Shown in pieces: positions 53,792 through 56,129 of a DNA stretch of 56,129 bases. The notes below the pieces were generated by a model. The model saw only the letters and a program-made list of their open reading frames with translations, had not been told where the DNA came from and ran no database searches. The stretch covers positions 1,769,389 through 1,825,517 of the forward strand of contig BCKZ01000001.1 of assembly GCA_001600815.1 (NCBI GenBank), written 5' to 3'. A program made the translations under genes and the position numbers. The DNA is from Alloascoidea hylecoeti (taxonomy: Eukaryota). The stretch's first letter is position 1. The number at the start of each line of letters is the position of its first letter.

Positions 53792-53825
53792 GTGTAGTGT
53801 AGTGTGGTGTAGTGTAAGTGTAGTG
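53792..53825 (+). repeat. (GTGTA)n pentamer microsatellite, imperfect
   Basis: gtgtagtgtagtgtggtgtagtgtaagtgtagtg. Confidence 0.75.
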
Positions 53826-54230
53826 CAATGTGAAATGCTCTTTTAGGAAATCCTCGAAATCACAATTTATTAAAAAACTGAGATCACGTGTCCACTTTTC
53901 GTTTTCAATTTTGATTTATTATAATTTACCCGGAGAGTAGCTCATGCTTATAGATATTACGTACACTGATCATGAAACTTGACATAAAGTCTTTTTTTGT
54001 CTGTTTGCTTGTCCAACTAAGTCTTTGTTTGTGCTAAATAGCTCATAGGTCATAAATATTTCTTCTTTCTCTTGTTTTGATAATTCGTTCCAATTCCATC
54101 AATTATTATTCATATTTCAAATGTCAGCTTTATAACCTTACATCATAGTTTTGAACAATTTCTAAAATTACTAATTGTTTTCAAATCCATTATCATATAA
54201 GTAACATAAGGAGATCGAAGCATCATCAAT

Positions 54231-54267
54231 AGATCTCGAATTAGATCTAGAATTAGATCTAGAATTA
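54231..54267 (+). repeat. 12-bp tandem repeat (AGATCTAGAATT)x3
   Basis: agatctcgaatt agatctagaatt agatctagaatt a. Confidence 0.8.
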
Positions 54268-54854
54268 ATCCCATCTCATTCAAATTTCACTAATTATAAC
54301 TTTAAGCCTAGAATCATCTTAGCTTTGACTCTTTTGAGTCACATAGATCAATCTTATTAAGTGAATACCTAGATCCCCGTATCTCATTAACCTTGAGTTC
54401 GACTGACCTTCAGGGTCTAATACCCAAACTCTAATATCTTGTAATTGATCTCATTTATTTGTACCATATTTTTATCAAATCTAGTTCATTTAAAGAGGCT
54501 TGTTAAACAGAGTTACTTAACGCATTGTCTGTAGTGCTCATAATCATACTCTTTACAAGAGTGTTATCACTAGCAATTGATAACTTATACAATACAAAGA
54601 AATGTAAAGTAACCTATTGATGCCGTAATTTAAAAAGTGAACATCAAATGAAACTTTAAAAACAGATTATTTCCTAGCAGCGAATCAGGATTTTGGAAGA
54701 TTACCCATATCATACCAATGATTTTTGTCGTATGAGCATTCATTTTATCATTGAACTAGAGGGTTTAACGTTATCTTTGATCCAAGTATTCTAAAATGTT
54801 TTAGGTTGGTTGGTTCTGGATTAGTCAAAACAACTTGATATATATATATATATA

Positions 54855-55490
54855 TTGGATAAATTAAAGGGATGTGTAGCACGGCTGTGTAGGATGTACC
54901 AGTGGAAGCCATGTTGAAGATGGGTTCTTTGCTGCCATATTTACTTGGCTTTCAACTGCGGACCTTTTTATTAATATTCGTGAGTCGGTATGACAATTTT
55001 CCAACTGTTAGCTGCTTCTCAGAGTAGAATTTACCGATATTACGAATTCCTTGTTTTTACAATACTAAACCTTCAAGGGTGTGGTACCAAAATTTGAAAT
55101 GAGTGCAGAAACCCCGGTATTCAAAGTGGAGGCCTTAACATTAACTTTCCATGGATATAGATTTATATCAATAAAACTGTAAATCCATTTTAAATTTATA
55201 TAGTGCCCGTTATCATTTCGTTTGGGTGGCTTTTGCACTGGTGGTGGCGCGTCCTGGGACTGTTGCGCAATTGTATATTCTGGATCCGTTCAAACACTCG
55301 CTTCATTCATGTCAATATAGTAAAATGAGTCCATCATAATTTCCAATTCCAATGGCCATTCTAGCATAATGAACCAATGGATCAGTACCGGTTGTTCCTC
55401 TTCTAACTTTGTAAGCGATAGCTATTTTTCGCTTACCTCCGCAGGAGAGTGTCCAATATTTTTTCAAAACATTTAGGCACTAATATTCTA
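54855..55490 (-). pseudogene. Decayed coding relic, possibly a second IS630/Tc1-like transposase
   Basis: Stop-interrupted minus-strand frame with FYYIDMNEAS (cf. FIDEAG), LENCH (cf. MDNCRIH) and PCYTS/PLIYPI (cf. PPYSPxLNPIE) in the expected order. Confidence 0.25.
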
Positions 55491-56129
55491 GCTTCTTTCA
55501 AGAAATCTTAAGTTTTGCGAGTTGTGAAATTGAAAAAACAATACGGTGCCTACAGATTTAGGTATGGAATGTCTTCAAACTTCCTTAATTAGCTCTTTAA
55601 ACTTACATTGGAGCTGGTAAATTAAGTTTACCTACAGTATTTTTACTTAATTTTTAGTTATGAGAATGGCTGATAATTAGTATTCATAATGGCCTACATT
55701 AAGTGAAATTACTGTATTATTCATGTTAGGCAATATACTGGAAATTTCATAGCCCATTTTTTTACACTTAATAATATATCTATTATCGATTGGGAAAAAT
55801 TGTATGAGCTTTGACTACTTATAATCATGACTGATTTTGTTTGTACTTCCTAGGTGTTAAAAAATGCGCCTTTATTTCTTTTGGATTGGAAAGCACTTAA
55901 TTTAAAACTTATAAACACCCTAGGTCTACCTACAGACACTACTTCAACTGATTAAAATGATAACCCAATCTCCAAAACGGCAATATGCCTGTGTTATTTG
56001 TAGAAGACGGCGAACAAAAGTATGTTTCTCTGTACATGTTATAGTCTTCTGACAAATTCAGAAACCAATATTAATACTAACATATAACTTATATAGTGCG
56101 ATAAACAGAACCCACACTGCTCACAATGT

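Noticed and set aside
53883..53935. ATCACGTG + AT-rich spacer + CCG resembling a point centromere
   Set aside because: The spacer is only ~40 bp and there is no CDEIII consensus.

Overview
AT-rich fungal nuclear DNA, most consistent with an intron-bearing, early-diverging budding yeast (Saccharomycotina) using the standard code: CTG encodes a conserved Leu in the APSES domain. I can support 14 protein-coding genes, seven of them spliced (10 short GT-AG introns reconstructed by hand). In order: SPT14/GPI3, a YBL029C-A-like zinc-ribbon protein, a PDR ABC transporter, MRM2, AEP2, RIT1, GPI12, MRN1, an alpha/beta-hydrolase + Tyr-phosphatase fusion, an LRG1-like LIM protein lacking RhoGAP, a Ser-rich orphan with a possible GCR1_C-like domain, PRI2, a xanA-type xanthine dioxygenase and an APSES factor (EFG1/SOK2/PHD1/StuA group). 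The window opens with a decayed DD34E Tc1 transposase, and weaker RNase H-like and second Tc1-like relics are present. Best leads: a perfect UaY/Ppr1 site (TCGG-N6-CCGA) plus GATAAG boxes before xanA; two possible N-termini (basic extension or myristoylation motif) on the fusion enzyme; the GAP-less LRG1-like gene; a nested multi-stem structure near 31.3 kb; and many perfect palindromes in the intergenic DNA. No tRNA, rRNA or CRISPR was found, and no clear multi-gene novel system can be established from sequence alone. All assignments come from motif recognition by eye, not database searches.
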